A stretch of 64,000 nucleotides of DNA from Carcharhinus amblyrhynchos (lineage: Eukaryota): assembly GCA_965287045.1 (NCBI GenBank), contig OZ336900.1, forward strand, positions 3,348,001-3,412,000, read 5' to 3'. Each line of letters opens with the position of its first letter. Position 1 is the stretch's first letter. A program made the position numbers and the translations under genes. The notes under the pieces are model-generated. The model made no database searches. It saw only the letters and a list, made by a program, of their open reading frames with translations, and was not told where the DNA came from. Below are positions 37,914 through 50,247 of this stretch, piece after piece.

Positions 37914-38259
37914 TGTTAGGGACTGGAGGCTGATTTAGAAAGAACTGTTTCAGTTAAGAAAGAGTTACTGCACGAACGTAGGTGATCGGTCTTCCCTATC
38001 TGTTTTGTAATATAAGGGTATTGGGGCAGAGCGAGGGTTAATGATGGACTGGGGAAATAGTACAGACCATGATATGATGTAGAGAGTCATATGATAGCAG
38101 AGTGAGTGTAGAGAGTCTGGTAAAAGGCAGCACGGAGCTGCGTCCCAGGCAGGGCTGTATTTGCAGATGTCTTTGGTTATGAGTTGTTAATAAATATTCA
38201 ATGTTCAACCTTACAAGACTCCAGACTTCTTAGTGAGACACCACGTAGCCCTTACAACA
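37914..38259 (+). mobile_element. 5' LTR of an LTR retrotransposon
   Basis: TGTTAGGG...CCCTTACAACA termini, AATAAA at 38189, directly followed by a PBS; 5' boundary uncertain. Confidence 0.7.
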
Positions 38260-38270
38260 TGGTGGCAGCG
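38260..38270 (+). promoter_or_regulatory. Primer binding site complementary to the tRNA-Leu 3' end
   Basis: TGGTGGCAGCG is the reverse complement of CGCUGCCACCA (tRNA-Leu AAG/TAG type). Confidence 0.75.
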
Positions 38271-38696
38271 ACGGATGGACCCTAAGAGTATGAGTAAGTA
38301 AAGAAATGGCAATCTGACAGACACAATGGATCAAACAGCCTCCTTCTGCATCAGAATAATTCTGCAAAATTCTGTTATACTTTTTGGTTTATTTGTTGAT
38401 GAAGTAATCCTAATACAAGCCATTGGGGAATCCTCAACCAGCTTTGCTGAGATGTTAAAAGCTTTTGACAAACATTTAAATCTCCAAGTGGTGGAGAGCA
38501 CTGACCTTTAAAAAGAGGGATAGAAAATCCACAGTAAAGCTATGAAATGGAAAAAAATACCTAAGCAAATTGTGAGATGCTTGCATGTCAACACAATGTA
38601 GTGCATGAGCTGAAGGGTTTAGTGCCAAGTAAAGTACAGGCTGAGAAGCAGCTTGAAAGGCTTAAAAATCTATCTTTCTGGAAATAACCAGCCATT

Positions 38697-38990
38697 TTTA
38701 AAATTCATTTGTGGAACATGGGTGTCGCTGGCTGGCCAGCATTTATTGCCCATCCCTCATTACCCTTGAGAAGGTGGTGGTGAGCTGCCTTCTTGAATCG
38801 CTGCAGTCCCTGTGCTGTGGGTTGACCCACAATGCCGTTAGGGAGGGAATTCCAGGATTTTGACTCAGCGATGGTGAAGGAATGGCGATATATTTCCAAG
38901 TCAGGATGGTAAGTGGCTTTGAGGGGCACTTACAGGTGGTGGTGTTCCTATGTATCTGCTGTCCTTGTCCTTCTTGATGGAATGTGTTTG
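38697..38990 (-). mobile_element. 3' fragment of the second CR1-group LINE
   Basis: SKSWNSLPNGIVGQPTAQGLQRFKKAAHHHLLKG; same family as 28712. Confidence 0.85.
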
Positions 38991-40570
38991 GAATATGCTG
39001 TCTATTATACAAACTCCAACAGCAGGTGATAGTGTGGAGTGAGCATTTGGCAGCGAATAAAGGACAGCTTTCTGATAGAACCCACAATAAACAAACCCTG
39101 CGAAAGGAAAATGAAATAAGTTTGAAATGTTTGTATCAGAACTAAATTGGAAGACTTGAAACATAAGTTTCAAGAAGAGTATGTATCCTTGAAAATGCAC
39201 AATAAACAGCCAAGCTGTTCAGAATCTGAACAAACAGATTTATAAGGCTGGCAAATCAAAGTGGAACTTTCAACCAGAATTACACAGCTGAGGACAACGG
39301 CAAGCAGAAAAGGTACTCAAACAAGTCACTGCCCTGAAAGGCTCTTTGAAGAATCAATATATGCCCCTGGAAAAACATGAGTTAAAAAAGATGTTGAATA
39401 ATGCTTAAGAAAACCTGCGTTGGAGCTATCCATAGCGATAAAGCAATGCACTGAAGTACAGAGTGAGATGGCAAGAGCTAAACAAGGAAATAAACAGTTA
39501 AAAAACAGCTGAAGAACATGAAAGGTGAAATGCGCAATGTGGAAGTCTAAATCCAGAGTTAAAAGTAGAAAAGGAAAATTGTAAGAAACTCATTAAGGGT
39601 CTAACGAGTGAAATTGAACAAGTCTAAGGAGGGCTAGTGACTCTGGAAAAAAGATTCCATAAGAAACTGAGTACCTAGGTGATGTTGTTAAGTTTGGCTA
39701 GGGATTCTACAGATAACTCGGAAACAAAGACACCTGAACTGAAAATAGTCACTGAGCAGATTGGAAAGATCAACAAACTCATAAAAAAATTAGAAAATAG
39801 GAGAGTTTAAATATCTGGCTGGAATTGCAAAACAAGTGGAAATGAAGGTGTGGGGGAATGGGGTTGTGGTCACAGAGATCGGGGTGCTGAAGGTTCAGAA
39901 GCAAGGGTAGGAGTGTGGCTCTCAGTGGCCACCCCTCACCGCAGCTGCTTGCATGGAGCATAGTGAGCATGATGAGGTGCCAGAGGGCCTTTGGAAGCTT
40001 AGTTCATATCAGTAAGGGTGGAATGAGTCCCTTCAGTAATCCTTCATTGGCCATTTAACAGTCTTGCTTGCCAGCAGAGCAGGATGGCAGCGGGCTTGGG
40101 GTATACAGCCATCTCCTTTCAATACATGGCCATCCCATCTCCAAGCTCACCACCAGCGAGGGCAGCAGCAGGTTTTCCCAACCGAACATGACAAGCAATT
40201 TGCTGGCGGCAGGATCTTCTGATCTCACTAGTCTTTCGCCTGGCTCGTCTGCCTCATTACCAGGGAAAGTGCCAAAGAGGGTTGACTTTGGCAGCATCAG
40301 AGGATCCTGTGGGAGTGGGCCAAAAATACCACCCATCGTCCTTTAACGTATGACCCAGTAACTGCTGCCTAACAAGAAGGAACAAGAAAAGTTTTAGTTT
40401 CTCCCTGCCTCAGGATAAAGACACTCAATCTTTTACAAAATTGGAAACAATTACTCGTGTACATATAGGAATTGGGATTGATGCAAATGAGAAAGCCACT
40501 TCTTAATTTACATCTCCCAATCAATATAACTTAACTTTCCCCATATCATGGATGAGATACTCCTCACCAG

Positions 40571-41260
40571 GGGTTAGCGCTGCTGTTTCACAATGCCAGG
40601 GACCTGGGTTCAATTCCTAACATGGCTCACTGTCTGTGCGGAGCCTGCACATTCTCCCCATTTCTGCATGGGTTTCCTCCGGATGCTGTGGTTTCCTCCC
40701 ACACTTCAAAGATAACACAAGGACATAAGAAATAGGAGCAGGAGTAGGTCATCTAGCCCTTCGAGCCTGCCCCGCCATTCAATAAGGTCATGGCTGATCT
40801 GAAGTGGATCAGTTCCACTTTTCCGGTCTCTCCCCATAACCCTTAATTCCCTTGTCTGTCAAAAACCTATCTACCTGTGACTTAAATATATTTAGCGAGG
40901 CAGCCTCCACCACTTCAACAGGCAGAGAATTCCAGAGATTCACCACCCTTTGAGTGAAGAAGTTCCTCCTCAATTCCAATCTAACTGCTCCCCCTTATCT
41001 TGAGGCTGTGCCCTCTAGTCCTGCTATCCTTTCTAAGCGGGAAGAATCTCTCTACCTCTACCCTATCCATCCTTTTCATTATGTTATACTATCCCTTTCA
41101 TTATCTTATACAGATGAGCAAGTTAGGTGGATTGGCCACACTAAATTGCCCTGTAGTGTCGGGGGACTAGCTAGGGTAAATACATGGGATCATTGGGATA
41201 GGGGTCTGATGGGATTGTGGTCAATGCAGACTTGATGGGCTGAATGGCCTCTTTCTGCAC
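40571..41260 (+). mobile_element. HE1-like SINE split by a CR1 3' fragment
   Basis: SINE breaks at CAAAGAT and resumes at AGATGAGCAAGTTAGG. Confidence 0.85.
40723..41083 (-). mobile_element. Young CR1 3' fragment
   Basis: Very similar to 26480-26840. Confidence 0.95.
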
Positions 41261-42850
41261 AAATATGAAATTGTGGTTACTCAAAATACACCACAGAGTA
41301 ATCTGTCCCAATCTTGAGTTCCCAGATGAATGTTAATGCTTATGAAAAGTCTTCATTTGTCACTTAAAAGCATATTATAACCTTCCTGTTGTATTTGAGT
41401 TAACATGTTAATTGAAAAAGACAGAGAGAAACTTAATATGAATAAATCTGGAAAATGCTGGAAATACTCAACAGATCAGACAGCATCTTGTGGAGAGTTT
41501 GAGAGATCAATGCTGCCATCAGTCAGTCAGACACAACATCTGTCAGAATATCTCCATGCCTTTTATTCCCAGGTTTAAAACTACCCAATGCCGGGTTTAG
41601 ACATTGTTCAGAAGCTTGTGCACAACATGATCCATCTCTGTCACTAACCAGCTGGGCTGTCAGATATATTAAGTAATGCACTCTAACTACAAACTGACCC
41701 GCGTACATAATTGTATGAGTGTACAGTGATGAACTGTATAGACAGAAGTGCATCATTAATACATCTAACATTTATTCTGCAGAATTCTTTTGAAACACAT
41801 TTTCTAACTTGCAGTTTGCACTATATTTCCAATCTTTCATCGTATTTTACTACTTTGTTGCTGTACCAATTTTTTCCTGAACTTCTTATTAGGGAGGTTT
41901 AGGGGCAGGATAATTGGTGGGATCTTTCTGTCTTCTCGATTTAAAAAGTTACTTTGAAAAAATATTGATAAATGATAGGTACACATTTGCCCATCTGGTG
42001 CACGAGAGTAAATGGATGGCAGACGGAGCCTTGTCATCTTTCCTTCTCATCTTGGGAGTATGGCAGGCTAGCAAGAACAAAGACGCAAATGCATAGAAAT
42101 GTTACATAAGCACTGGTTAGAGATGCAACCCAATAAGGTAAGTAACATTAAACCTGGTAAGTATTATAAGACTGATATACAGATGATTGACGGCTAGAAT
42201 CCAGCAGAAAAGGGACTTTAAATCATGCTAATGAACAAGACTAGACTGCACATCTCAGGTAATCCGGAATGATGGCCTTAGTTTGGAATGTGTGGATAAT
42301 TCACTCCTGATGTAGACATGGATTCCGTTGCCACATGACTGATATGTAAACATTTTGTTAGGTTAAAGGTTTTGCTCTGTGGAGATATTGCTACACTCCA
42401 GGCAGTAGACCACAGTAAAAAGACATCCATATTGCAAAAAAGAATCAAAGGTAGTCTGCGAGATCCAAAACGCTTTTACACTTTCACTGGGACAATGGAA
42501 TATAATAACCTCTTTAATCCTTTCAGATCTCAATCTATCCTGGTGTCATCTTCAAATATCTTGGAAATACCCATTGAACAATGACAGTATGATAAAATAC
42601 TATGATATCTGTTTGAGTTACAGACCAAATCAGTTTTTACAAAAATAATTTGGAATTGAGGCTACATGGCTTGGGATTTATGTTGCTACCCAGGATTATA
42701 ATGAGAGAGTTTAGTTTCTTCAAGAAAAGTAGCTTTCAGGATCGAAGGAATCAATATTTCTGCAATGCCATTGAAATACAAAGGTATCTGTGTTATTTTG
42801 TGTCTCAAGCCATGCCTGAGCGCACAATCCAGCTCAACACCCTGACACAA

Positions 42851-42980
42851 TATTGAGAGAGTGCTGCATTGTTGGAGGTGCTGTTGTTTGAATGAACCTT
42901 AAACTAAGGACCTGTCTTGACTAAGTGGTTGGACATAAAACATTGCATGACACTATGTGAAAAAGCAAAAGGGGAGTTCA
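42851..42980 (+). mobile_element. Deu-domain SINE fragment
   Basis: GAGAGTGCTGCATTGTTGGAGGTGCTG...TTAAACTAAGGAC resembles the Deu domain. Confidence 0.6.
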
Positions 42981-43290
42981 TCGAATCCCGGCAGCACAGA
43001 GGAGGCCATTTAGCCCATCGAGCCTACACCGACAACAGTTGCACTCAGGACCTAATCCTGCAATCCCACGTATTTACTCTGCTAATCCCCCTGATACTAA
43101 GGGGCAGCGTAGCATGGCCAATCCACCTGAGCTGCACATTTTTAGATTGTGGGAAGGAACCAGAGTGCCTGGTGGAAAGCCACGCAGACACGGGGAGAAT
43201 ATACAAACTCCATACAGAAAGTCATCCAAGGCCGGAATCGAACCCAGGTCCCTGGTGCTGTGAGGCATCAGTGCTATTCACCATGCCACA
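42981..43290 (-). mobile_element. HE1-like SINE
   Basis: Head, core and tail in reverse. Confidence 0.85.
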
Positions 43291-43711
43291 GAGCCATGTT
43301 TTGACCAAAGTTTATCTCAACTAGCATCACAAAAAGAACTGGTAATGCTATATGTATCTGCCACACTTCCCTTAAAGATTACCCAGTGTTCATCAAAATG
43401 ACTTCCCTTTATAATATATATTATATTAATTATGATAAATAATGTTTCTGTTAAATCATTGAAATCCATTTTCAGTAAATCCGCAGTAGAGGTAATTAGT
43501 AACAAGCTCCTGGTGAAAGGTGCAGGAAGATAAGCAGCTGTCTAACTACATATCCCTGAGCTGGCAATAAGCAATGCATAGAATAGCATGCTTTATTCCT
43601 CTCCCTCCTCACCCCCTACACACTCTCCCCCTGAAAAAAACACTCAGCAGCATCTAACATGAAAGCTCAGGAGTGAAATTTCACCAGTCGGCAATTTTAC
43701 CAATAAAAACA

Positions 43712-44070
43712 AAAGCACAGCACAGGAACAGGCCCTTCAGCCCACCAAGCCTGAGACAATGACATTGTCCTATCTAGACCAACCTACCGCCTGTATCCCT
43801 CTCTTCCACCACCCCCTCCCTCATCTGTTCATGTGTCCATCCAGATAAGTTTTAAATGTGGCTAACGTATCTGCCTCAACCGCCCCACTTGGCAGTGCAT
43901 TCCAGGCCCTACCACCCTCTGTGTGAAAAACTTACCCCACACATCTCCACTGAACCTTTCCCTCCTTACCTTGAACTTGTGCCCCCTTGTAATTGTCATT
44001 TCTGCCCTGGGAAAAAGCTTCCAACTGTTCATCCTATCAATACCCCTCATAATTTTATAAATTTCCATCA
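43712..44070 (-). mobile_element. CR1 3' fragment
   Basis: LMEIYKIMRGIDRMNSWKLFPRAEMTITRGHKFKVR; ACAGGCCCTTCAGCCC tail. Confidence 0.9.
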
Positions 44071-44946
44071 GGAACAATACACATGCTGATGTGAAAATGG
44101 AATCCTATATATGCTCACTTTTCCCTGTAAATGACTGGTGGAAAGAATTTCCCTGTTTCCATTCCACCCTATTCCATAGAATCCACATTATTCCATAGAA
44201 TCAACAGGAAGGAACAGACATTTGAAATCTGGATTCAGCTTGTGAAGCCGGTGAGTGGTTTTGCAAATCCGGGTTTGAGTGACTGGGTAGCAAAACCTAA
44301 CAGCAAAAATACCTTAAAAAACTGTTCACCTCCCTCCTTAAAGTGCCTTGGCAATTTTTTTAATGTACATTTCTCATTACAAGTATCAACAACTTCTGAT
44401 TTTATCATGTATCAGAATGGTTGTACATCACAACATATTTAATATAGTTTCAAAACCTCCCCAACTCCATTACATAATCATTGAGGTTGATTTATTCCCC
44501 CTCTCCCCCCTCCCCCTCCACCTCCACCCCTCCCCCCTTTCCCCCTCCACTCCTCCCCCACTCCTACATCGTGATTAGCCTCAGAATGCTGCACCAGTTA
44601 CGCTTGCAAATTGGCTCTGGATCACAAAATTGTGAACATACAGCCACGGGGACAAAGGTCACTCGAGGTCAAGTCTAAAAACGAGGGAGTTGAAGATGAA
44701 AGCGTTCCTGCTCACCTATCTGCGAGTGGAAACAAGGCAAAGAATAAAAAGCAAACAATGTTGCGGAGGGGAGGACATGGAACGTTGTGTGAACACTAAC
44801 AGCAAACATGAACATATCGTGGTTGCACTGGTGAAATCAGCAATGGTGTAGAATTCTAGAGGATGTCTGTAAAAAGCACAGCCATTCAGCTCAACTGGTC
44901 TCTGCCGGTACATATACTCCATATGAGACTGCTCTCACCTAATCAG

Positions 44947-45345
44947 CATGATCTGTCGGTGCTGGCATTGGATTGGGGCGGGCACAGTAAGAAATCTCAC
45001 AATACCACGTTAAAGTCCAACAGGTTTATTTGGAATCATGAGCTTTTGGAGCACTGCTGTTTCACCAGATGAATGGCGAGGTAGGTTTCACAAACACAGA
45101 ATATGTAGACAAAGATGCATTCCAACCATTGTCTTGCAATTGTAAGTTTTTACAGGTAATCAAGTCCTTACAGGGACAGACAGTGCAGGTGGAGAGAAGA
45201 ATGTTCACATGTTAAAGAGGTATGAATTGTCTCAAGCCAGATCAATTTGTAGGATTTTGCAAGGCCAGGCCCAATGGTGGGGGTTGCACATAGTGTGACA
45301 TGAACCCAAGATCCCTGTTGAGGCCGTCCTCATGTGTGCGGAACT
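44947..45345 (-). mobile_element. Penelope-like element 3' fragment (ORF C-terminus and terminal repeat)
   Basis: FRTHEDGLNRDLGFMSHY (GLN motif at the end of the GIY-YIG domain) upstream of the shared repeat with a decayed hammerhead. Confidence 0.85.
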
Positions 45346-46825
45346 GGGGAAATGGGGACAGGCAACAACTGTGAGCTCTGACTTCGGCTGTCTTGGCCCT
45401 AAAATCTGGAATTTCATCCTTAAAATGTTGTCCCTCCTTCTTACTAATCAGCATCCCTTTCTCCCTGTGTTTATCTAGCTTCCCATTAAGTGCATCCATC
45501 TACCTTCTTTATCTTGACCAATCCCTGTGGTAGTGAATCCCACAGAGTAATTTTACTTTTCACAGACACACAACACAAATCAACTGCTGAGCAACAGAAT
45601 GTCTACCTTCAGTATTCAAGCATTCTCATACAACAGAATCTCTACAGTACAGAAGGAGGCCATTTGGCCCATCAAGACTGCACCGACCACAATCCCATAA
45701 TAATAATTTAATACATTCTCATGTATTAAACTTGACTCCCAAGTCTCCCATTTCCCCCGATCCCAATGACCTTCTCCCTCCGATCCTCCTTCAATATGTG
45801 ACCAGATTCAGGAAATCCAGACTCTCCCATTGGGTTTCCCTTCAGACCCTGCCCCTTTCAGGCACCACTCCTTTAGGCCCTGCCCACTAGGTTGGCACTG
45901 CCAGGGTACCATGTCCTCAGGTGTCAGAGCCAGGGGCTGCAATGGCCTCTGATCTCCTTGGCTTGGCCATCATGTCCGCTCTCCATTTGTGGAGACCAAT
46001 AGTGATTTCTGTTGGCTTTACAGCACTCCGGGGATGGTGGGAATATATGGTATACTCGGAAGAACCAATGTGAAGCCAGGTTTGCATTTTTAAATGTATT
46101 CAAATCCATGGTAATCAGGTTCACTCACTCACTGGGTATAATCCTGACTTTATCTGTTGGGAGACCCCGGGAACGCTGGGTTCTGGGTTCACACTGGTGC
46201 AAATCCTGTTATGGCCTTTCTCCAAGTGTTTCTGACCAGAATTGGATTTGCACTGGGTGTAACAGGGCTGGAAAATTACCCCCAGTAAAACCCGTTCCAA
46301 GGCACTTCCCTGAAATTTTATCAAACAAAATTAGTCATCACCCCACATGAGGAGATATAGAAGAGATGGTCAAAGGCTTAATCAATGAGGTGGATTTGCT
46401 CAGAAGCGCAGGTAAGGAGGAAGCAGAGATAGAGAGATTAGGGTAAAGGAAGAAACTCCAGAGCTTAGACCAAGGCACAGCTGAAGGTGCAGCTACCAAA
46501 GGCAGAGCAATGAAAATTGGTCATTGGAGGAATAGACATCTCAACAGGTTGAGGGGCTGGAGGAGGTTACAGAGATGTGGAGGAGTGAGGCCATAAAGAC
46601 ATTAGTGTACAGTGATATTATCATCATTTTGTGACACAAATTACATTCGCATGCAGCACATTGCTGAATAGAAAGGATTATTGCATAAATGCATTCTGTT
46701 ACAAGACAGAAGCACATTTTTGTGGTATAAAGGTAAACTTGAGGCTGCAGACCATAACGTGTCCCACAAATCAATAGTCTCATACTAATTCCAAGAGAAA
46801 CTATACTGCAGCATGAAAATTATAT

Positions 46826-47040
46826 AAGAACATATGAACTAGGAGCAGGAGTGGGCCATCTGACCCCTCGAGCCTGCTCCGCCATTCAATAAGATCACGG
46901 CTGATCTTTTCATGGACTCAGCTCTGCTTACCTGCCCGCTCACCATAACCCTTAATTCCTTTACTGTTCAAAAATTTTATCTATCCTTGCTTTAAAAATA
47001 TTCAATGAGGTGGTCTCAACTTCTTCACTGGGCAGGGAAC
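46826..47040 (-). mobile_element. CR1 3' tail
   Basis: Very similar to 29722-29935. Confidence 0.9.
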
Positions 47041-47049
47041 TGTCACATG

Positions 47050-47183
47050 NNNNNNNNNNNNNNNNNNNNNNNNNNNNNNNNNNNNNNNNNNNNNNNNNNN
47101 NNNNNNNNNNNNNNNNNNNNNNNNNNNNNNNNNNNNNNNNNNNNNNNNNNNNNNNNNNNNNNNNNNNNNNNNNNNNNNNNNNN
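47050..47183. other. Assembly gap (134 N)
   Basis: Run of n characters. Confidence 1.
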
Positions 47184-48505
47184 TTGTTTATCACCACATT
47201 GGAGCCTGCTGTGTGTGAACTGGCTGCCACATTTCCTTCAGCACAGCAGAGTCAGTCCAAAAGTATATCATTGGTTCTAAAGTGCTTTGAGATGTCAGGT
47301 GGTAGTGAAAGGCAAAGCATTTCCTGGAATCTTGAATGCTTTATTCAGTACAGCAAACCTAGAACAAAGTGCCGGAGGATTCTCGACAGTCTGTCTCCAA
47401 TCCTGTGGGATTAATTGTATGATGGCATTTTCCACACAGCATTATCCAACACTAGATGAGAAACCGGTTGTTTTTATCCTGTGGCTACCTTGCAAAATTA
47501 TATTCTAATTTTCCTGTAACAATTGTAAAAGCAATAGTACTTCTATTATATCTCTATGGTAACATTGAAACATTTTTATGTAACGTACTGTTTGATCAGC
47601 ACAACTTACCGTGAGACAGAATGGTTTCTCTCAATTGTCCTAGTTTAATAACTAACTCATAAAGACTCGTGAATTCTTTTGTTAGCAATTTGGAAGAGGT
47701 TACCTCACACTTTAAAGTCCTCGGCTTTCATGTGTTGTATGGAAGTCTTTAACCTGCTCCCATCCCACAGAAGTCTTTCATTTGAAGGTCAGTACAATGG
47801 AGCTGTGTTTCACAGTGCAGTGTGAAACCTGTCACTTCTGACTAACCTATGGAGAGTCACAGCTGCGGGTGGACAAGCTTCAATGAGCAGCTTGTAGGGA
47901 GTGAGGGAACCAAAGCTCCAACTAAATCCGGTGAGAAAGAGGCACTCGAGATTTCAGCATAACAATTAATGTGGAGGCGTCGGAAGTCTAATTTGTTTAC
48001 TTTTTGACCGGATGGTGGGGGGGAGCACTGAGGCCCATTTTTCATATTCAGAAATAACAGCATTTACCAGCTGAAAAATGGGTATGTTTTTCATTTCTGA
48101 TTAAAAATTAGCACAGCCTCTGTTACTATCCATTGCAGGCGACAGTAGAAAAGGGAACCATTATGATGAGAAGACTAATGACAGTTCAGTCTGCTGGTGC
48201 AATGTGGGCTGTGCGTGCAGGCAGTTTTATAAAAGCTGATCCTAATACCAAGAAAACCTAATTGTTGAGTCCTGCCACAATGATGGCAAGCTAGGGTGAG
48301 ACTATATTGTCACACATGGCCTGGTGTTCAGGGTTGAAGGTTATGGTCTTGTTTTTTTGACATGTCAGTTTTTGAGAATGGAAAGCGGTAGCTGTGATCA
48401 CCAGATTACCATTTGCAATGTGATTTATTGACGCAAGAAAACATTGCAGAATTTATAGAGTTCAGATAACAAAAACTCCAAGAGCAAAATAGCATGGTCA
48501 GTCTT

Positions 48506-49165
48506 TTGATTTGATTTAATATTGTCACACGTATTAACATACAGTGAAAAGTATTGTTTCTTGTGCATGATACAGGCAGAGCATACTGTTCATAGAGAAA
48601 GAAATGATAGAGTGTAGAATGTAGTGTTACAGTCATAGCTAGGGTGTGGAGATAGATCAACTTAATGCGAGGTAGGTCCATTCAAAAGTCTGACGGCAGC
48701 AGGGAAGAAGCTGTTCTTGAGTCGGTTGGTACATGACCTCAGACTTTTGTATCTTTCTCCTGATGGAAAAAGGTGGAAGAAAGAATGTCTGGAGTGCGTG
48801 GGGTCCTTAATTATACTGGCTGCTTTGCCGAGGCAGCGGGAAGTGTAGACAGAGTCAATGAATGGGAGGTTGGTTTGTTTGATGGATTGGGCTACATTCG
48901 AGATCTTTTGTAATTCCTTGCGGTCTTGAGCAGAGCAGGAGCCATACCAAGCTGTGATACAACTAGAAAGAATACTTTCTATGGGGCATCTGTAAAAGTA
49001 GGTGAGGATCATGCTGACATGCCAAATTTCCTTAGTCTTCTGAGAAAGTAAAGGCATTGATGGGCTTTCTTAACTATAGTGTTGGCATGGGGGGTCCAGG
49101 ACAGATTGTTGGTGATCTGGACATCTAAAAACTTGAAGCTCTTGACCCTTTCCACTTTGTCCCCA
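48506..49165 (-). mobile_element. Rex1/Babar-type LINE 3' fragment
   Basis: ORF 48662-49057 FYRCPIESILSSCITAWYGSC...TNRLKNSFFPAAVRLLN; TTGATTTGATTT tail. Confidence 0.9.
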
Positions 49166-49552
49166 ATTCAGTCATTGTCATCTGAATTGCTTAATGAAAG
49201 GATGTTGTGGGTACAGTTCAATTATTTTGATTGAAATATGATCAAATGGAGTTGTATTATTTCAATTTTTAATATCTCATGTCTCTGTTCAGACCCACAG
49301 TACACTCTGCAAAAGTTCTGTAATTCCCACACATCACTGTGGTATACTTTTATCCTGTGGAGGGGTAAACTTGACATTGGACAATGCCAGCCATTCTTTT
49401 CTTTGACTTCCTTTAAGTAAAGAAATTGTAACAATTGGCAAGTGATGTCCCAAACTCCTGCAGGTTCCTGTTTTACACTCGGAATAAACTGGATGGAGAA
49501 TGATAGAGTGGAGCTGTTCCTGAGATGAGTCAAGACTATGTCAGATGTAATT

Positions 49553-49905
49553 ACATGTCACACTATCAGTAACCCCCACAGACTTGCCTGGGCTTGCAAA
49601 ATCTCACTAACTGTCCGGTCTGGAGACAATACACATCTCTTTAACATGTTCTTAACCCTCTCTCCACTCACATTGTCTGTACCTTTAAGACTTGACTATC
49701 TGCTAAGACTCACATTCCAACCATTATCTTGTAAATTGAGTTTGTCTGTATATGACTTGTTTATGAACACAAGTCCTCACTCAGCTGAAGAAGGAGCAGC
49801 GCTCTGAAAGCTTGTGCTACTAAATAAACCTGTTGGACTTTAACCTGGTGTTGTGAGACTTCTGACTGTGCCCACCCCAGTCTAATGCCATCATCTTCAC
49901 ATCAT
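49553..49905 (+). mobile_element. Penelope-like 3' fragment with hammerhead motif at 49782-49816
   Basis: Starts at the MSHY codons; CTGAAGA-a-ggagc agc gctct-GAAA-gct-T-gtg. Confidence 0.85.
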
Positions 49906-50247
49906 GAGTCAAAACTGTCAGACATGAAGTGTTTTTGAACCTGAATGGATTGGAGAACTTTGGGCAAAATTCTTGATTCTAGGGAATGGCTATTGCTGTG
50001 ATTTCCTTGGCTTTCTGCCCTAGATTCACTTCTTACTGTTTCTAACAATATGAGACCACTGGGGATATTCAACACCCATTCAACCCTGGATAAGGGCGTG
50101 TCAGGAGTTGGTGTGTCATTCCCAGTGGGAACCCCCTGGATGTCAGAAGCATAGAAGAGCAGGAACAAAGGAAAGTCAGTCAGTATGTAAAGGAGGATGG
50201 ATGCCAACTGACACTGGATGCACCTATCAAACATAAAGTATCAAATT

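Noticed and set aside
46961-47414. ORFs spanning the N run
   Set aside because: Artefacts of the assembly gap
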